Shown: positions 1 to 13,410, counted from the first letter of the stretch. The stretch is DNA of 64,000 nucleotides from an uncultured Alicyclobacillaceae bacterium (GCA_963788285.1 CAWBGB010000009.1:5375-69374), one strand, 5' to 3'. The notes: generated by a model not told the origin, from the letters alone. Numbers and translations are program-made.

Positions 1-15
1 TGTGGAAAGCGGGAT

Positions 16-1467
16 ATGACCCAGGCAAGGTCGCCCCGGACCACCGATCATGCATTGACTTACGGCGAGTTAGCCGAAGGTATTCGCCATGTTGGCCACA
101 CATTCCGCTCGCTTGGCGGCGAACCCGGCGACGTTGTCGCACTTCACCTGGAAAACAGTATCACCTACTTTGAATTGTTCCTCGGCCTGGCCATGCAGGG
201 TTTGTGGTGGCACCCATGAACCCGCGGGTCACTGCGGAGGAGAACGAAGCCATCCTGCAGCAGATGCGTCCTTGGCGCATGATCGTGGATGGTCATGACG
301 GCCTGTGGGTAACCAGCGGTCTCTCGCCGGCATCGGACGACATCTTGCTCGAGGAACTTCGTGGTCGCTGCCACACCGGTGCCGAGACATTCTCCCTCGA
401 CGACGGTTTGTCGGACGACGACCTGTTTTACCTCGGCTACTCGTCCGGCACGACAGGTACGCCCAAAAGATTGCTCCGCACGCACCGCTCCTGGACGGAG
501 AGTTTTTTTGGCATGACGCTGGAGTTCAATATGAACGAGTCAACCGTCCTCCTCGTTCCTGGCCCGTTCTGCTACTCCGCCTCCCTCATCTCGGCGCTTC
601 ACGTGCTATTCATCGGCGGCACGGTGGAACTTCAGCGCCGCTTCACTCCGGCGCTGACCGCCAAACGGATCAAGGAGTCCGACGTGAACGCCATCTTCAT
701 GGTCCCCGCCATGTACCGCTCGGTGTTGGACGTGTGTGAGAAGAATCCACACTGGGCGACGGACAAGCCGCTCACATGCGTGACTACAGGGGACAAGATG
801 CCCGTGCAAACCCGCCGCGCATGGGCAATCGGTGTACCCGAGCGCCCGCATGTACGAGTATTTTGGTTCCTCGGAGGTCGGCTTTGTTTCCGTCTGTCCA
901 CCATCAAACGACCCCAGCGTGTATGAGTCCGTAGGCCGTCCGTTCTTCCCTGCCCGCATACGAATCGTGGACGATGAAATTCAAGTGAAGAGCGCCATGG
1001 GCTTTGCAAGGTATACTGACGACGCAAATTTGCTCGAGCAGAACATTCGGCGCCCAGGCGGCTTCCTTGCCCCGGGGGATCTGGGCTATCTGGACGAACG
1101 AGGGTACCTCCACGTCACGGGCCGCGCTTCAGACCTCATCATTTGCGGCGGCGTGAACGTCTATCCCGCGGAAATTGAGCAGGTCGTCCTTCAATACGAA
1201 GGCGTGCGGGAGGTGTGCGCGTTTGGATTCCGGACGAACGGCTCGGTGAGGTGCCAGTGTGTGTCGTCGTTTGGGAACCAGGAATCGAGGCCTCCAACGC
1301 AGAATGTGGATTGCGCCAATACCTGAACCAGCACTTGGCCGGATATAAGCGCCCGCGCCGCTTGTGGAGTTGCAAGAAATTGCCCCGCAACGCGGGCGGG
1401 AAAAGTGGCGCGTCGAGAATTGCGCGCGTGGCTCAGCCATGACCTGGACAGCGAAAACTTAGATTGA
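16..1467 (+). pseudogene. AMP-dependent acyl-CoA synthetase/ligase, broken by four frameshifts
   Basis: Four consecutive + ORFs (16-219, 204-926, 832-1326, 1215-1442) read through one adenylate-forming enzyme. Motifs seen: YSSGTTGTPK, YEYFGSSE, GDLGYLDERGYLHVTGR, NVYPAEIE, IPDERLGEVP, LAGYKRPR. A further shift in gggaaaag (~1398) restores the usual GKVARRELRAWL tail, ending at TGA 1465-1467. Confidence 0.75.
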
Positions 1468-1581
1468 GAGCCTTTACACGAGAAAGCGGCGCTGCAACGT
1501 CAAGATCCCTGAACGAACCTTGACAGCGCTGCTCAAAGCTTTCACTGAAACGGTTGTAGCGCTATTTCAGGAGGCTCCTCG

Positions 1582-2403
1582 ATGAAACGGATGGCGCTAT
1601 CAGCAATGGCATTGGTATCGATTCTATCCCTTGTAGGTTGTTCCACGGGAACAACATCAACAGTTCCAAATGACACGGTGAATCGCCCGAGTTCACCCAC
1701 TGGGCAATCCAACAGCGTGTCCTCCGCGGAAATTGGCACAGGAAACACCGACCGTGGCTCTACGAACACCGGATCGGGATTGACCATGGGCACAGGCAAT
1801 CAAAATACGACGACCAAAGAGCAGGGTGGACCTCCGAAGACGCCACACACATCTAGCTTTCCTACCATCGTTAATATGGCGATGAACCGCCTCCCGAGTG
1901 ACGTGCGCAGCTGGGCGTATGCACCCACCATGTTTCCCCACACTGTTTTGCCTGGGGACACCCTGTTTTACCACACGATGGTCGATGCATCGTTTTCCAT
2001 GTCGTTCCCCGGGCGGAAGGTCGTGTACAATATCTGGTTTAACGATAAACGAGAAAAGATGGTGGCAGAATTCCAAGGTACCCAGTTCGACACTAAAGAT
2101 CATGCGAACAGTGCCATCCTTGGCGGATTCGGAGATGTGTTTGGCGTGAACGGACAGAAATCTGATATCAACCTGGACACTAGAATTTCGGGAACGGCCG
2201 TGGTCGATACAGCTGACAACGAGTCACACATTTTGTGGCGTGAAGGTCGTTGGAGAATCAACGTCACCGGCGTCGGCACGACGAAGCCTCCGGTTACAAC
2301 AGCAAACGAGGTTCATACACATTTCCTTCCGGTACCGAACACCTTGGGCGAAATTGCAGTGACGACCAACAACGGGACATCCACGATCATGATGACGTGG
2401 TAG
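1582..2403 (+). CDS. hypothetical lipoprotein
   Basis: 273-aa ORF with SD AGGAGG 6 nt upstream. Signal peptide with lipobox (SILSLVGC), then a Ser/Thr/Gly/Asn-rich linker and a globular C-terminal part. No family recognised. Confidence 0.6.
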   Translation: MKRMALSAMALVSILSLVGCSTGTTSTVPNDTVNRPSSPTGQSNSVSSAEIGTGNTDRGSTNTGSGLTMGTGNQNTTTKEQGGPPKTPHTSSFPTIVNMAMNRLPSDVRSWAYAPTMFPHTVLPGDTLFYHTMVDASFSMSFPGRKVVYNIWFNDKREKMVAEFQGTQFDTKDHANSAILGGFGDVFGVNGQKSDINLDTRISGTAVVDTADNESHILWREGRWRINVTGVGTTKPPVTTANEVHTHFLPVPNTLGEIAVTTNNGTSTIMMTW

Positions 2404-2442
2404 AAAGGTGGTTTGGTGTTTGCGGTTTCCACGGGTGAAGCG

Positions 2443-2486
2443 GTAAAACAACCGATGGAGACGGCCCTGGCCCTGGCCATCTCCAT
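2443..2486 (-). terminator. stem-loop downstream of the rRNA methyltransferase gene, possibly bidirectional
   Basis: Inverted repeat ATGGAGA-CGGCC...GGCC-A-TCTCCAT (2455-2486). On the minus strand it is followed by CGGTTGTTTTACC. Confidence 0.4.
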
Positions 2487-2570
2487 GAAGAAGTATCAGT
2501 GAAATGAGTTCTGGCTTTGTAGGTTACCCCACAAGAAGAGCATCAGATGTAGTCTGTATGCCCGAGATTG

Positions 2571-3929
2571 TTAGTCGACCCGATTTGCAGCCGCTACGCA
2601 CTCCACATGGCTCGTCTGCGGGAACATGTCCACAGGCTGTACCTTCTCTACTGCATATCCTGCGTCGGCGAGATACCGCAGGTCTCGGGCCAGTGTGACG
2701 TGGTTGCAGGACACGTAGACAATGCGCCGCGGGCGGGCTTCGGCTAGGACCGTGAGGACGTCTGGGTGGCAGCCTTTGCGGGGCGGATCGACTACAACAA
2801 CGTCAAAGCGTTCGCCTACGGCAACCCGGCGTGGCAGTACATGCTCCACTTCCCCGACCGTAAACTCGACGTTGTGAACGTGGTTATGATCCGCATTAGC
2901 TCGCGCGTCCCGTACGGCGGCCTCAATCACCTCAATGCCGAGCACCTGGTCTGCCCGCTCAGCGAATAACAGCGACATCGTGCCGGTGCCGCAGTACGCG
3001 TCAAGGACGCGGTCGCTCGGCCCGACGTTGGCGAACGCCAGTGCATGATTGTACAGAACTTCCGCCTGCACCGTGTTGACTTGGAAGAACGAGCGAGGCG
3101 AAATAAGAAATTCGAGATCGCCGATGCGTTCCACCAAGTGAGGCTTCCCGTGTAGGACACGTACGGTCTTGCCCCAAACCGGCCCGTGCGGCCGCGGTTG
3201 CACCGTCACAGCGACGCATACGACATGGGACAACCCGCCGATGGCATCCACGATGCGGGGAGTCACTGTGGCGTTATCTCGCACGCACAGAATGACCATC
3301 TGTTCGCCGTTGGTGAATGACTGGCGCACAATGACGTGGTGGACGGCGGATGACCTACGACCCAGCGTCGATTCCAGTGTTCGAACCACCTGGCGGATGG
3401 TCTCCTCCATCTCCGCCGGTTCGAGGTGGCAGCATTCGGTGGCGATGACGCGATGGCTGCCCGGACCGAAGAACCCCTGGACAAGACGACCGGATGATTC
3501 ATCGTAGTACAGCGGAACCTGAACCTGGTTTCGGTATGCCCACGGATGTTCCATGCCGAGGGTTGGCAGAACAGGCACGTCCGGTAGCTTCGCAAACCGC
3601 GCCAGCGCCTGAACCACCATCTCCCGCTTATGGCGGAGTTGCTCCGAATACGCCACGTGCTGGAACTGACAACCGCCACACGCACCGAAGACGTGACAAT
3701 GGGGAACCTCGCGGACGTGCGCCGTCCGCTGCAGTTCCCCTGTTACTTTGCCGCGTGCAAACCGCTTTTCGACGGCCGAGATGACGATGTTCGCCCGCTC
3801 CCCTGGCAAGAGTTGCGGTACAAATACGGTGAAACCGTCAACGGTAGCAACCCCTTCCCCGTCGTCGTTGAGACGCGTTGCCTCCACTTCGTAGGTTTGT
3901 CCAACTTGAACGGGAACTTGGGATTGCAT
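2571..3929 (-). CDS. rlmCD: 23S rRNA (uracil-5-)-methyltransferase, RumA/RlmCD family (TRAM + 4Fe-4S + SAM MTase)
   Basis: N-terminal TRAM-like domain (GQTYEVEATRLNDDGEGVA), Cys cluster (CHVFGACGGCQFQH), SAM motif (VLDAYCGTGT), catalytic VYVSCN. Start moved to ATG 3929 because of SD TGGAGGT 6 nt upstream; the track ORF starts at GTG 3950. Confidence 0.85.
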   Translation of the reverse strand: MQSQVPVQVGQTYEVEATRLNDDGEGVATVDGFTVFVPQLLPGERANIVISAVEKRFARGKVTGELQRTAHVREVPHCHVFGACGGCQFQHVAYSEQLRHKREMVVQALARFAKLPDVPVLPTLGMEHPWAYRNQVQVPLYYDESSGRLVQGFFGPGSHRVIATECCHLEPAEMEETIRQVVRTLESTLGRRSSAVHHVIVRQSFTNGEQMVILCVRDNATVTPRIVDAIGGLSHVVCVAVTVQPRPHGPVWGKTVRVLHGKPHLVERIGDLEFLISPRSFFQVNTVQAEVLYNHALAFANVGPSDRVLDAYCGTGTMSLLFAERADQVLGIEVIEAAVRDARANADHNHVHNVEFTVGEVEHVLPRRVAVGERFDVVVVDPPRKGCHPDVLTVLAEARPRRIVYVSCNHVTLARDLRYLADAGYAVEKVQPVDMFPQTSHVECVAAANRVD

Positions 3930-3986
3930 GTCGTACCTCCAACGTGCCACCAGGCCAGTTCGCCGCTGGCCCGGTCGTACTTTGTG

Positions 3987-5417
3987 TTAACCGCGAATCC
4001 GTTCCAAAATCATCTTGTTCACGACAGCCGGGTTGGCTTTGCCCTTGGTCGCCTTCATCACTTGCCCGACCAGTGCACCGAGCGCCTTTTCCTTGCCCGC
4101 CCGGTAGTCTTCCACCGATTTCGGGTTGTTTGCAATCGCCTCTTCAACAATGGCCACTAGAGCGCCTTCGTCGCTGATCTGCTCAAAGCCTTGCTCACGA
4201 ATGACGACTGCAGCATCCTTGCCCGTCTCACACATGATTTTGAACACGTCGCGGCCTTGTTTGATAGAAATCTTGCCGGACGCAATCTCCTGAATCAGCC
4301 CAGCCAGTTGCTCCGCCTTTACCGGGAACTGTTGAATCGTCAGCCCCTCTGCGTTGACATAGCCGAGGACGTCGCTCATTACCCAGTTGGAGGCCGATTT
4401 CGGATCGACCCCGGCTTGAACGACCGCCTCAAAGTAATTCGCGATGTCGATATCGCTGGTGAGCACGCCCGCGTCGTACGCCGGGAGTTGCAACTCTTTC
4501 ATGTACCGATCCCGCTTCTGCAACGGCAACTCGGGCAACGAGGCGCGTATCCTGTTCAGCCACTCGTCGTCCACGTGCAGCCGTACCAAGTCTGGCTCTG
4601 GGAAGTAGCGGTAATCGTGCGCTTCTTCCTTCGAGCGCATGGAGACGGTGGTCTGTGTCGCTTCGTCAAAGCGCCGCGTCTCTTGTACGACTGTGCCTCC
4701 GCTGCTCAAAATCTCCGCCTGGCGCTGGACTTCGTACTCCAGGCCTTTTTGAACGTTGCGGAACGAGTTCATGTTTTTCAACTCGGCCTTTTGCCCAAAC
4801 GCTTGTTGTCCGACCGGCCGAAGCGAGATGTTGGCGTCACAACGAAGTGATCCTTCCTCCATCCGACAGTCGGAAATACCGCAGTACTGCATGATGGACT
4901 TGATGCCCTCGAGATACAGCCGCGCTTCTTCCGGAGAGCGAATGTCTGGCTCTGACACAATTTCAATGAGGGGCACACCCGTCCGGTTGTAGTCGACGAG
5001 CGTATGGCTGCCATCTGCCGCGTGCATAGATTTGCCTGCGTCTTCTTCCAGATGAACGCGCACGATGCCAATGCGTTTGCGCTCGCCGTTTACGTCGATT
5101 TCGATGTAGCCGTGTTCGCCAATGGGTTGATCATACTGTGAAATTTGGTAGCCCTTCGGCAGATCCGGGTAGAAGTAGTTTTTCCGGTCAAACTTGCAAT
5201 CCTGGTTGATCTTGCAATTGAGCGCTGTCGCTGCGCGAAGCGCCAGCTCCACGGCTTCCTTGTTGAGAACCGGAAGCGTTCCAGGATGCCCGAGGCAGAT
5301 GGGGCAGACGTTGGTGTTCGGCGGTGCGCCAAAGTCCGTCTGACATCCGCAGAAAATCTTGCTCTTCGTCTTCAGCTCAACGTGCACTTCCAGCCCGATG
5401 ACCGTTTCGAACGCCAT
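3987..5417 (-). CDS. gatB: Asp-tRNA(Asn)/Glu-tRNA(Gln) amidotransferase subunit B
   Basis: [25 protein letters not shown]... is canonical GatB. ATG at 5417 lies 1 nt after the gatA stop. The upstream 57 codons of the track ORF overlap gatA and are spurious. Confidence 0.95.
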   Translation of the reverse strand: MAFETVIGLEVHVELKTKSKIFCGCQTDFGAPPNTNVCPICLGHPGTLPVLNKEAVELALRAATALNCKINQDCKFDRKNYFYPDLPKGYQISQYDQPIGEHGYIEIDVNGERKRIGIVRVHLEEDAGKSMHAADGSHTLVDYNRTGVPLIEIVSEPDIRSPEEARLYLEGIKSIMQYCGISDCRMEEGSLRCDANISLRPVGQQAFGQKAELKNMNSFRNVQKGLEYEVQRQAEILSSGGTVVQETRRFDEATQTTVSMRSKEEAHDYRYFPEPDLVRLHVDDEWLNRIRASLPELPLQKRDRYMKELQLPAYDAGVLTSDIDIANYFEAVVQAGVDPKSASNWVMSDVLGYVNAEGLTIQQFPVKAEQLAGLIQEIASGKISIKQGRDVFKIMCETGKDAAVVIREQGFEQISDEGALVAIVEEAIANNPKSVEDYRAGKEKALGALVGQVMKATKGKANPAVVNKMILERIRG

Positions 5418-5418
5418 G

Positions 5419-6861
5419 TTATCCCTCCACCTTCGGCGCCGGCATAGCGAAGCCGCGCAGTTGTTCGTACGCATGTGCAACCCGGAGCAGCGTGCGTTCG
5501 TCGAACGCCCGCCCGACCATCTGCAGCCCAATCGGCAAACCGTCCGCGGACAGGCCGCAAGGCACGCTGATCCCAGGAAGTCCCGCAAGGTTGGCCGGAA
5601 TGGTGTACATGTCGTTCAAATACATCTGCAGTGGATTATCCACTTTTTCGCCAAATCGGAATGCCGGAGTCGGTGTTGTTGGCGTGACAATCACGTCGCA
5701 CTGTTTGAACGCTGCCTCGTAGTCTTGACGAATCAACGTCCGCATCTTTTGCGCGCGCAAGTAGAACGCGTCGTAATAGCCGGAAGACAGCGCGTAGGTT
5801 CCAATCATAATGCGGCGCTTCACTTCCATGCCGAACCCTTCACTGCGCGTGCGCTCGTACATCTCGATCAACGTCTCTCCTGCAGCTCGCTTGCCGTACC
5901 GCACACCATCGTACCGCGCCAGGTTTGACGACGCTTCGGCTGGGGCAATCAGGTAGTACGTGGCCACCGCGTATTGACTGTGCGGTAGCTGCACTTCCAC
6001 GACCTGAGCGCCGGCACTCCTCAGCGTCTCGACGGCCTTGTCTACCGCTGCCCGAACATCCGGGTGCAGTGCTTCCGAATCGATGTCCGTGACTACGCCA
6101 ATCTTCAGGCCTTTCACGTCTGCGCTAAGTCCCGAAACGAAGTCATCGACTTCGACGGGAGCCGAGGTGGAATCTAGCGGATCGTGTCCACTAATGGCCT
6201 GCATCACGTACGCCGCATCTTCCACCGTGCGCGTGAATGGCCCAATTTGATCCAGTGACGATGCAAAAGCAATCAGCCCGAATCGGGAGACGCGACCGTA
6301 CGTCGGTTTGAGTCCTACAACACCGCAGAACGCTGCCGGCTGCCGAATGGAGCCGCCAGTATCCGAGCCGAGCGCAAACGGCACCATACCTGCTGCTACA
6401 GCGGCCGCTGATCCGCCGCTCGATCCGCCCGGCACACAGTTCAAATGGTACGGATTCTTGGTCTTCTGGAACGCGGAGTTCTCCGTGGACGAGCCCATTG
6501 CGAATTCGTCCATGTTGGTCTTCCCAACCAGCACGCCGCCGGCCGACTCGAGTTTCTTGACGACGGTTGCAGAGTACGGTGGGATGTAATTCTCCAGAAT
6601 CCGGCTCGCAGCCGTGGTGCGGATGCCCTCCGTGCACAGGTTGTCCTTTAGCGCGTAGGGAACACCGAACAAGGAGGCGTTGCCGCTCTCGGCCAACGAC
6701 TTCGCGCGATTCATCGCGCCTTCTTCATCCACGTGCAAGAACGCTTGAACCTTGGAGTCGTGCTGACTGATTTCCTTCAAGCTGGCAGCTGTCCAATCGA
6801 CGGGGGTCGTTTCACCCCGTTTCAGGGACTCGACGATTTCCTTTACAGTATGTATCGGCAT
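5419..6861 (-). CDS. gatA: Glu-tRNA(Gln) amidotransferase subunit A
   Basis: Amidase signature ([25 protein letters not shown]). Start at [14 protein letters not shown] (ATG 6861), directly after gatC. Confidence 0.95.
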   Translation of the reverse strand: MPIHTVKEIVESLKRGETTPVDWTAASLKEISQHDSKVQAFLHVDEEGAMNRAKSLAESGNASLFGVPYALKDNLCTEGIRTTAASRILENYIPPYSATVVKKLESAGGVLVGKTNMDEFAMGSSTENSAFQKTKNPYHLNCVPGGSSGGSAAAVAAGMVPFALGSDTGGSIRQPAAFCGVVGLKPTYGRVSRFGLIAFASSLDQIGPFTRTVEDAAYVMQAISGHDPLDSTSAPVEVDDFVSGLSADVKGLKIGVVTDIDSEALHPDVRAAVDKAVETLRSAGAQVVEVQLPHSQYAVATYYLIAPAEASSNLARYDGVRYGKRAAGETLIEMYERTRSEGFGMEVKRRIMIGTYALSSGYYDAFYLRAQKMRTLIRQDYEAAFKQCDVIVTPTTPTPAFRFGEKVDNPLQMYLNDMYTIPANLAGLPGISVPCGLSADGLPIGLQMVGRAFDERTLLRVAHAYEQLRGFAMPAPKVEG

Positions 6862-6868
6862 ATTCGAC

Positions 6869-7159
6869 TCAACCTTCCAACACCGCGGGTACGCGGACTT
6901 GTTCTCCATCTGTATCTGGGGCGTTCGCAAGGGCTTTTTCTCGCGGCAAACTTGGCCGGGGTTCATCCTCCCGGAGCGCGTTGTACAGTTCAAACGGGTG
7001 ACTGGTTGGCAACACGTCATCCAAGGCGATGGATTGCAACTGTTCGTTGTAATCCATGATGTCGCTCAACTGCGGAGCCAACTTGGCGACGTCTTCGTCG
7101 CTGACCGCCAATCGAGCCAGTTTCGCCACGTGACGAATGGTGTCCTCGGTAATCTTCAC
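6869..7159 (-). CDS. gatC: Glu-tRNA(Gln) amidotransferase subunit C
   Basis: 96-aa product [24 protein letters not shown]...; SD GAGGAGGA upstream; gatC-gatA-gatB order. Confidence 0.9.
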   Translation of the reverse strand: MKITEDTIRHVAKLARLAVSDEDVAKLAPQLSDIMDYNEQLQSIALDDVLPTSHPFELYNALREDEPRPSLPREKALANAPDTDGEQVRVPAVLEG

Positions 7160-7226
7160 ACCATTTCCTCCTCACTGACTATGTCATGTCAAGTATGTTG
7201 ACGCACACTCAGTAACTTCTTCGGGG

Positions 7227-7235
7227 ATTATAGCA
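7227..7235 (-). promoter_or_regulatory. candidate extended -10 promoter (TGCTATAAT) for gatCAB
   Basis: Minus-strand TGcTATAAT about 70 nt upstream of the gatC start. No good -35. Confidence 0.3.
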
Positions 7236-7319
7236 TATGGGAAGGGGAGACCGCACATATTCGGTGCCGCTCGGAGTGCCAATGCCTCCGTGCGCAAAGT
7301 TTGGGTGGCTTCATCCACG

Positions 7320-7350
7320 AAAAAACTGGGGCTGTACAACACAGTCCCAG
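7320..7350 (-). terminator. intrinsic terminator after the GT4 transferase gene
   Basis: Minus strand CTGGGACTGT-gttgt-ACAGCCCCAG followed by TTTTTTCG. Confidence 0.6.
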
Positions 7351-7412
7351 TCCTTGACCCGTTGCACGACACGGATGAGAGTAGGGCCGTTTCGGTGCTG
7401 CTCCAGACTCGG

Positions 7413-8384
7413 TTATCGCACCACGAGGAGCACCACAATGGAGGCCAATGAAAAGCAGATGCCGAGCAAATATAGAAACGCGACCGTTTGTACCTGACTG
7501 AGGCCCGATTTCATCAACATGTGAAATGTGTGTCCTTTGTCTGCGACGTAAATCGGACGATTCTCGCGGAATCTCCGGATGATAACCCAAGTCGTGTCAA
7601 GGATGGGGACGCCAAGCGCCAGTACGGGAACCACCAGAGAGACCAAGGTTGCACTCTTGAAGGCACCACCGACCGCAATGGCGGCCAGGACGTAGCCTAA
7701 AAACGTAGCGCCGGCATCGCCCATAAAGATGCGGGCTGGGTGGAAATTGTGACGGAGGAAACCAAGCGCGCACCCGATGAGCACCACCGCAAACACAGCC
7801 ATCGAAGGTTGGCCCTTGAGCAGCGCGATAAAAAACAGCGTCGTCGCAGATATGGCGGTCAGTCCCGCTGCAAGGCCATCCACTCCGTCCAGAAAGTTCA
7901 TCATGTTGGTAATCGCGACAACCCACAAAATCGTGGTCAGTGCAGACAGCCAGAGCGGAAATGTGTAGAACGTCTGGTGAAATGGCAGACTGATACCGCC
8001 GATATTGACACCAAACACAACCAGGATGATGGCGGCCAAAATCTGCATGATGAACTTCGGCCACGCTTTAAAGTCCTTCCCGCGCGTCTTGTAGTAATCG
8101 TCAATCACGCCAATGCTGAAAATGAGCAGTCCACCGACGGCAATGCCCCAAAACGTTTTACCCCCGTCGCCAAAGATCCCTGCAGTTAATACAAAGCCCG
8201 CGTACAGCGGCAATCCACCGAGCAACGGAATCGGTTCCTTATGGATCTTTCGAGGATTTGGCCTATCGACAAATCCTAGCTTCATCGCCACCTTGCGGAT
8301 ATACGGGACGGACCCATACACGAAGACGAACGCAACGACGAAACTAAGAATGTAATACCAAGATGAATGCATACCCGACGACAT
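7413..8384 (-). CDS. undecaprenyl-phosphate GlcNAc-1-phosphate transferase-like protein (glycosyltransferase family 4, MraY/WecA/TagO)
   Basis: 323-aa polytopic membrane protein with GFVDRPNPRKIHKEPIPLLGG, NMMNFLDGVDGLAAG and FMGDAGATFLG motifs. Confidence 0.8.
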   Translation of the reverse strand: MSSGMHSSWYYILSFVVAFVFVYGSVPYIRKVAMKLGFVDRPNPRKIHKEPIPLLGGLPLYAGFVLTAGIFGDGGKTFWGIAVGGLLIFSIGVIDDYYKTRGKDFKAWPKFIMQILAAIILVVFGVNIGGISLPFHQTFYTFPLWLSALTTILWVVAITNMMNFLDGVDGLAAGLTAISATTLFFIALLKGQPSMAVFAVVLIGCALGFLRHNFHPARIFMGDAGATFLGYVLAAIAVGGAFKSATLVSLVVPVLALGVPILDTTWVIIRRFRENRPIYVADKGHTFHMLMKSGLSQVQTVAFLYLLGICFSLASIVVLLVVR

Positions 8385-8595
8385 CCTTCCTGACCAAACA
8401 GAGTCAGCATCATTATCATACGATTCGATGCGACCATGTCGTTTTTTGTCTGTCGCACGCTGTAACCATTATAGCAACAGTCCCCAACATGGGATAGGGT
8501 TCGTACGAGGTGGCACAAAACAAACAGTGCATGTTTGTCAGCCTCGTCACATACCCATGAACTAGGCACTCGCCATCCGTCACAACCACGTAGAA

Positions 8596-8757
8596 ATGGA
8601 GGGGATGACGTTGACGCAAAACGAAATCATACTGGCTTGTATTGTTGCGGTTCCGGCCATTTTTGCGCTGGGTAGGCTATCCACGCGGGTCGCTTGGTTT
8701 CACACGAAATCGGAAGAAAAGTACACGGTTCAGGAATTCATTCGCGGCCGCCAATAG
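8596..8757 (+). CDS. small hypothetical membrane protein (53 aa)
   Basis: ATG ORF below the track cutoff: MEGMTLTQNEIILACIVAVPAIFALGRLSTRVAWFHTKSEEKYTVQEFIRGRQ. One hydrophobic helix. Ends 8 nt before a perfect terminator hairpin. No clear SD. Confidence 0.35.
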   Translation: MEGMTLTQNEIILACIVAVPAIFALGRLSTRVAWFHTKSEEKYTVQEFIRGRQ

Positions 8758-8764
8758 CCTTTAC

Positions 8765-8792
8765 GAGAGCTTGGCCGATTCGCCAAGCTCTC
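8765..8792. terminator. bidirectional stem-loop between the small ORF and ligA
   Basis: Perfect 11-bp stem GAGAGCTTGGC / GCCAAGCTCTC with a 6-nt loop, between convergent genes. Confidence 0.7.
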
Positions 8793-8802
8793 GCTCTGTC
8801 AT

Positions 8803-10894
<2,092 letters not shown>

Positions 10895-10907
10895 TCATCC
10901 AGGCCAC

Positions 10908-13160
10908 TCACGCACTGACTTTTTTAATCGGTGCAAATTTCGCCAACAATTTCTTCACCCCCACCGGTGCAGGAAACGCGATGGTGAGTTCCATATCTTC
11001 GCCGTCGCCCTTCTTTTCAACAATCGTGCCAATGCCCCATTTACGGTGTTCTACCTTGTCGCCAACGCCGTACTCCACACTGAGATCCGCACCAAAAGAC
11101 GGCGGAATGTTGGAAATGGGCGCGCGCCCTGAGGAATCCGAGCGGGGCGTCCAAGCGGTCCGCTGGCGACTCATCCCGTCATCGCGTTCCAGGTACTCCT
11201 GAGGCATCTCTGCCAAAAAACGCGACGGCGTGGAGTGCCGAAATTGCCCGAAGATGGTTCTCGCGGTACACGTGGTCACGTACAATTTCTGCTTTGCCCG
11301 CGTAATCCCTACATAGCATAACCTGCGCTCTTCTTCCATTTCCGAATCCGAGTCCAGTGACCGGCTGTGTGGGAACAAACCTTCTTCAAACCCAGGCAGA
11401 AACACAATCGGAAACTCAAGGCCCTTGGCGCTGTGCAACGTCATCAGGACAACCTGGTTCCCCTCTCCGGATGGCGCAATTTCTTCCGGTTTTCCACCGT
11501 TCATATCCGTATCTGCGACCAAAGCCACTTCCGTGAGGAACGCGGTGAGTTCATCCTCGTCACTGGTTTGCCAACGCGCGTCGTACTCCCGTGTCACCGA
11601 GAGGAATTCCTGCAAGTTTTCAATGCGGGCATCCGCTTCGAGCGACCGCTCCGATCTCAACGCTTCAATATACCCGGTATGCTTCAAAATTTCCTCCGTC
11701 AATTCCGTGACACTGAGGAATTCCTTCATTTTCAGCAGGTTGTCCATCATCTGGACAAAACCGCTGAGGGCGCCCAGAGCCCGACCGCTGATGCCGGCTT
11801 GACTCGCTCGCTCCAGCGCCTGGTACAAAGATAATCCGTATTGGTTCGCTAACGTCTGCAACTTTTCAACCGTTCCGGCACCAATCCCACGCTTAGGCAC
11901 GTTGATGATGCGCTCCAAGCTGATATCGTCGTGCGGGTTCACCATCAGCCGCAAGTATGCCAGGATATCCTTGATTTCCTTTCGGTCATAGAACTTTAGT
12001 CCACCAAAAATGCGATACGGGATACCTGCCTGCAGAAACACTTCTTCAATAACTCGGGACTGCGCGTTGACGCGATACAACACTGCACAGTCATCGTAGC
12101 GGCCGCCGTTTTTCACATGCTCCTGGATCCGCTCGACAATATACCGCGCCTCCACTTTCTCATCCATCGCCTGAAACAGGACCGCTTTGTCCCCCTCCGG
12201 GTTTTCCGTCCACAGCGTCTTTTCTTTGCGCTGCACGTTGTTCTTGATGACGTGGTTGGCAATGTTGAGAATGGTCTTGGTCGACCGGTAATTTTGTTCC
12301 AGGCGGATGACTTTGGCATCGGGATAATCCCGTTCAAACTCTAGAAAGTTCTGGATGTCCGCCCCGCGCCAACTGTAAATGGATTGATCCGAATCACCGA
12401 CCACACATACGTTCTTCCGCTTCTCTGCCAGCAACTTCACAAGTCGGTACTGCGCGTGGTTGGTGTCCTGGTACTCATCTACGTGAATGTAGTGGAACTT
12501 ATTGTGATAAAACTGCAGCACATCCGGATGTTTTTCAAACAACTGCACCGTCTTCATAATCAGGTCGTCGAAGTCCAGCGCGTTGTTGGTCTTCAGGCGC
12601 CGCTCGTATTCCAGATATACGTCGCCTACCGTCACTTGCCATGGATTCCCGGCCATGTCGCGAACTTTACCTGCTGTCTTCAGTTCGTTTTTCGCGGAAT
12701 TGATGGCAGACTGAATCGCCCGTGGTTCAAAGCGTTTGGAATCAATGTTTAAATCGGACAGAATCCGCTTGATGGTCGCCAGTTGATCTCCGTCGTCGAG
12801 GATGGTAAACCCCCGCTGATAGCCGAGTTGCTCGATATCCCTGCGCAAAATCCGTACGCACATCGAGTGGAACGTCATCGCCCAAATGTCGTTGGCTGCC
12901 GGACCCACCAGTTGCTCAATCCGCTCCCGCATCTCCCGTGCCGCCTTATTGGTAAACGTGATGGCCAAGATACTCCATGGCGGCACGCGCCGTGCGGCCA
13001 TCAACCAGGCAATGCGCCGCGTCAGCACACTGGTCTTGCCGCTACCTGCCCCGGCGATGATCAGCAACGGGCCCTCCGTCGTTTCCACCGCCGTGCGCTG
13101 CTCTGGGTTGAGCCCAGACACAATGCGCTCCATCTCGGGCGTTACTGAAAACACGTCCAT
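10908..13160 (-). CDS. pcrA: ATP-dependent DNA helicase PcrA (UvrD/Rep family)
   Basis: GAGSGKT Walker A, VDEYQDTN, TLHSAKGLEF, VGITRAK motifs, plus a C-terminal KWGIGTIV Tudor-like tail. Start at ATG 13160 with SD AAAGGTGGA. Confidence 0.9.
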   Translation of the reverse strand: MDVFSVTPEMERIVSGLNPEQRTAVETTEGPLLIIAGAGSGKTSVLTRRIAWLMAARRVPPWSILAITFTNKAAREMRERIEQLVGPAANDIWAMTFHSMCVRILRRDIEQLGYQRGFTILDDGDQLATIKRILSDLNIDSKRFEPRAIQSAINSAKNELKTAGKVRDMAGNPWQVTVGDVYLEYERRLKTNNALDFDDLIMKTVQLFEKHPDVLQFYHNKFHYIHVDEYQDTNHAQYRLVKLLAEKRKNVCVVGDSDQSIYSWRGADIQNFLEFERDYPDAKVIRLEQNYRSTKTILNIANHVIKNNVQRKEKTLWTENPEGDKAVLFQAMDEKVEARYIVERIQEHVKNGGRYDDCAVLYRVNAQSRVIEEVFLQAGIPYRIFGGLKFYDRKEIKDILAYLRLMVNPHDDISLERIINVPKRGIGAGTVEKLQTLANQYGLSLYQALERASQAGISGRALGALSGFVQMMDNLLKMKEFLSVTELTEEILKHTGYIEALRSERSLEADARIENLQEFLSVTREYDARWQTSDEDELTAFLTEVALVADTDMNGGKPEEIAPSGEGNQVVLMTLHSAKGLEFPIVFLPGFEEGLFPHSRSLDSDSEMEEERRLCYVGITRAKQKLYVTTCTARTIFGQFRHSTPSRFLAEMPQEYLERDDGMSRQRTAWTPRSDSSGRAPISNIPPSFGADLSVEYGVGDKVEHRKWGIGTIVEKKGDGEDMELTIAFPAPVGVKKLLAKFAPIKKVSA

Positions 13161-13272
13161 TCCACCTTTCTCAAACGTCCACTCCATTATAGTACATACG
13201 TTCGCTTTCCTGAGCCGTAAATGAGTGAACTTCACAAAATGAGAAAAGCAAACATTTCCATGTATAGAGCGG

Positions 13273-13302
13273 TTGACGAAGGGTTTGGGAACGTGGTATA
13301 TT
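13273..13302 (+). promoter_or_regulatory. sigmaA-type promoter for tRNA-Pro
   Basis: TTGACG (13273-13278), 18-nt spacer, TGg-TATATT extended -10 (13294-13302), 22 nt before the tRNA 5' end. Confidence 0.5.
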
Positions 13303-13324
13303 ACCTCCTGTCGACTTCGCCTGA

Positions 13325-13400
13325 CGGAATGTAGCTCAGGTGGTAGAGCGCACGGTTCGGGACCGTGAGGCCGCAGGTTCGAGTCCTGTCATTCCGACCA
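13325..13400 (+). tRNA. tRNA-Pro (anticodon CGG), CCA encoded
   Basis: Hand-folded cloverleaf: acceptor CGGAATG/CATTCCG, D stem GCTC/GAGC, anticodon stem CACGG/CCGTG with loop TT-CGG-GA (G37), T arm GCAGG-TTCGAGT-CCTGT, discriminator A, CCA. Confidence 0.9.
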
Positions 13401-13410
13401 ACATTACGTG

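Noticed and set aside
5418-5588. N-terminal extensions of track ORFs (gatB to 5588, gatA to 7020, pcrA to 13235, nagA to 28417, queE to 43725, thyA to 51996, pduO to 58872, btuC/btuD-like, Fur to 46878)
   Set aside because: The extensions overlap the upstream gene, lack homology and lack an SD. Internal starts with an SD and canonical N-termini were used instead.
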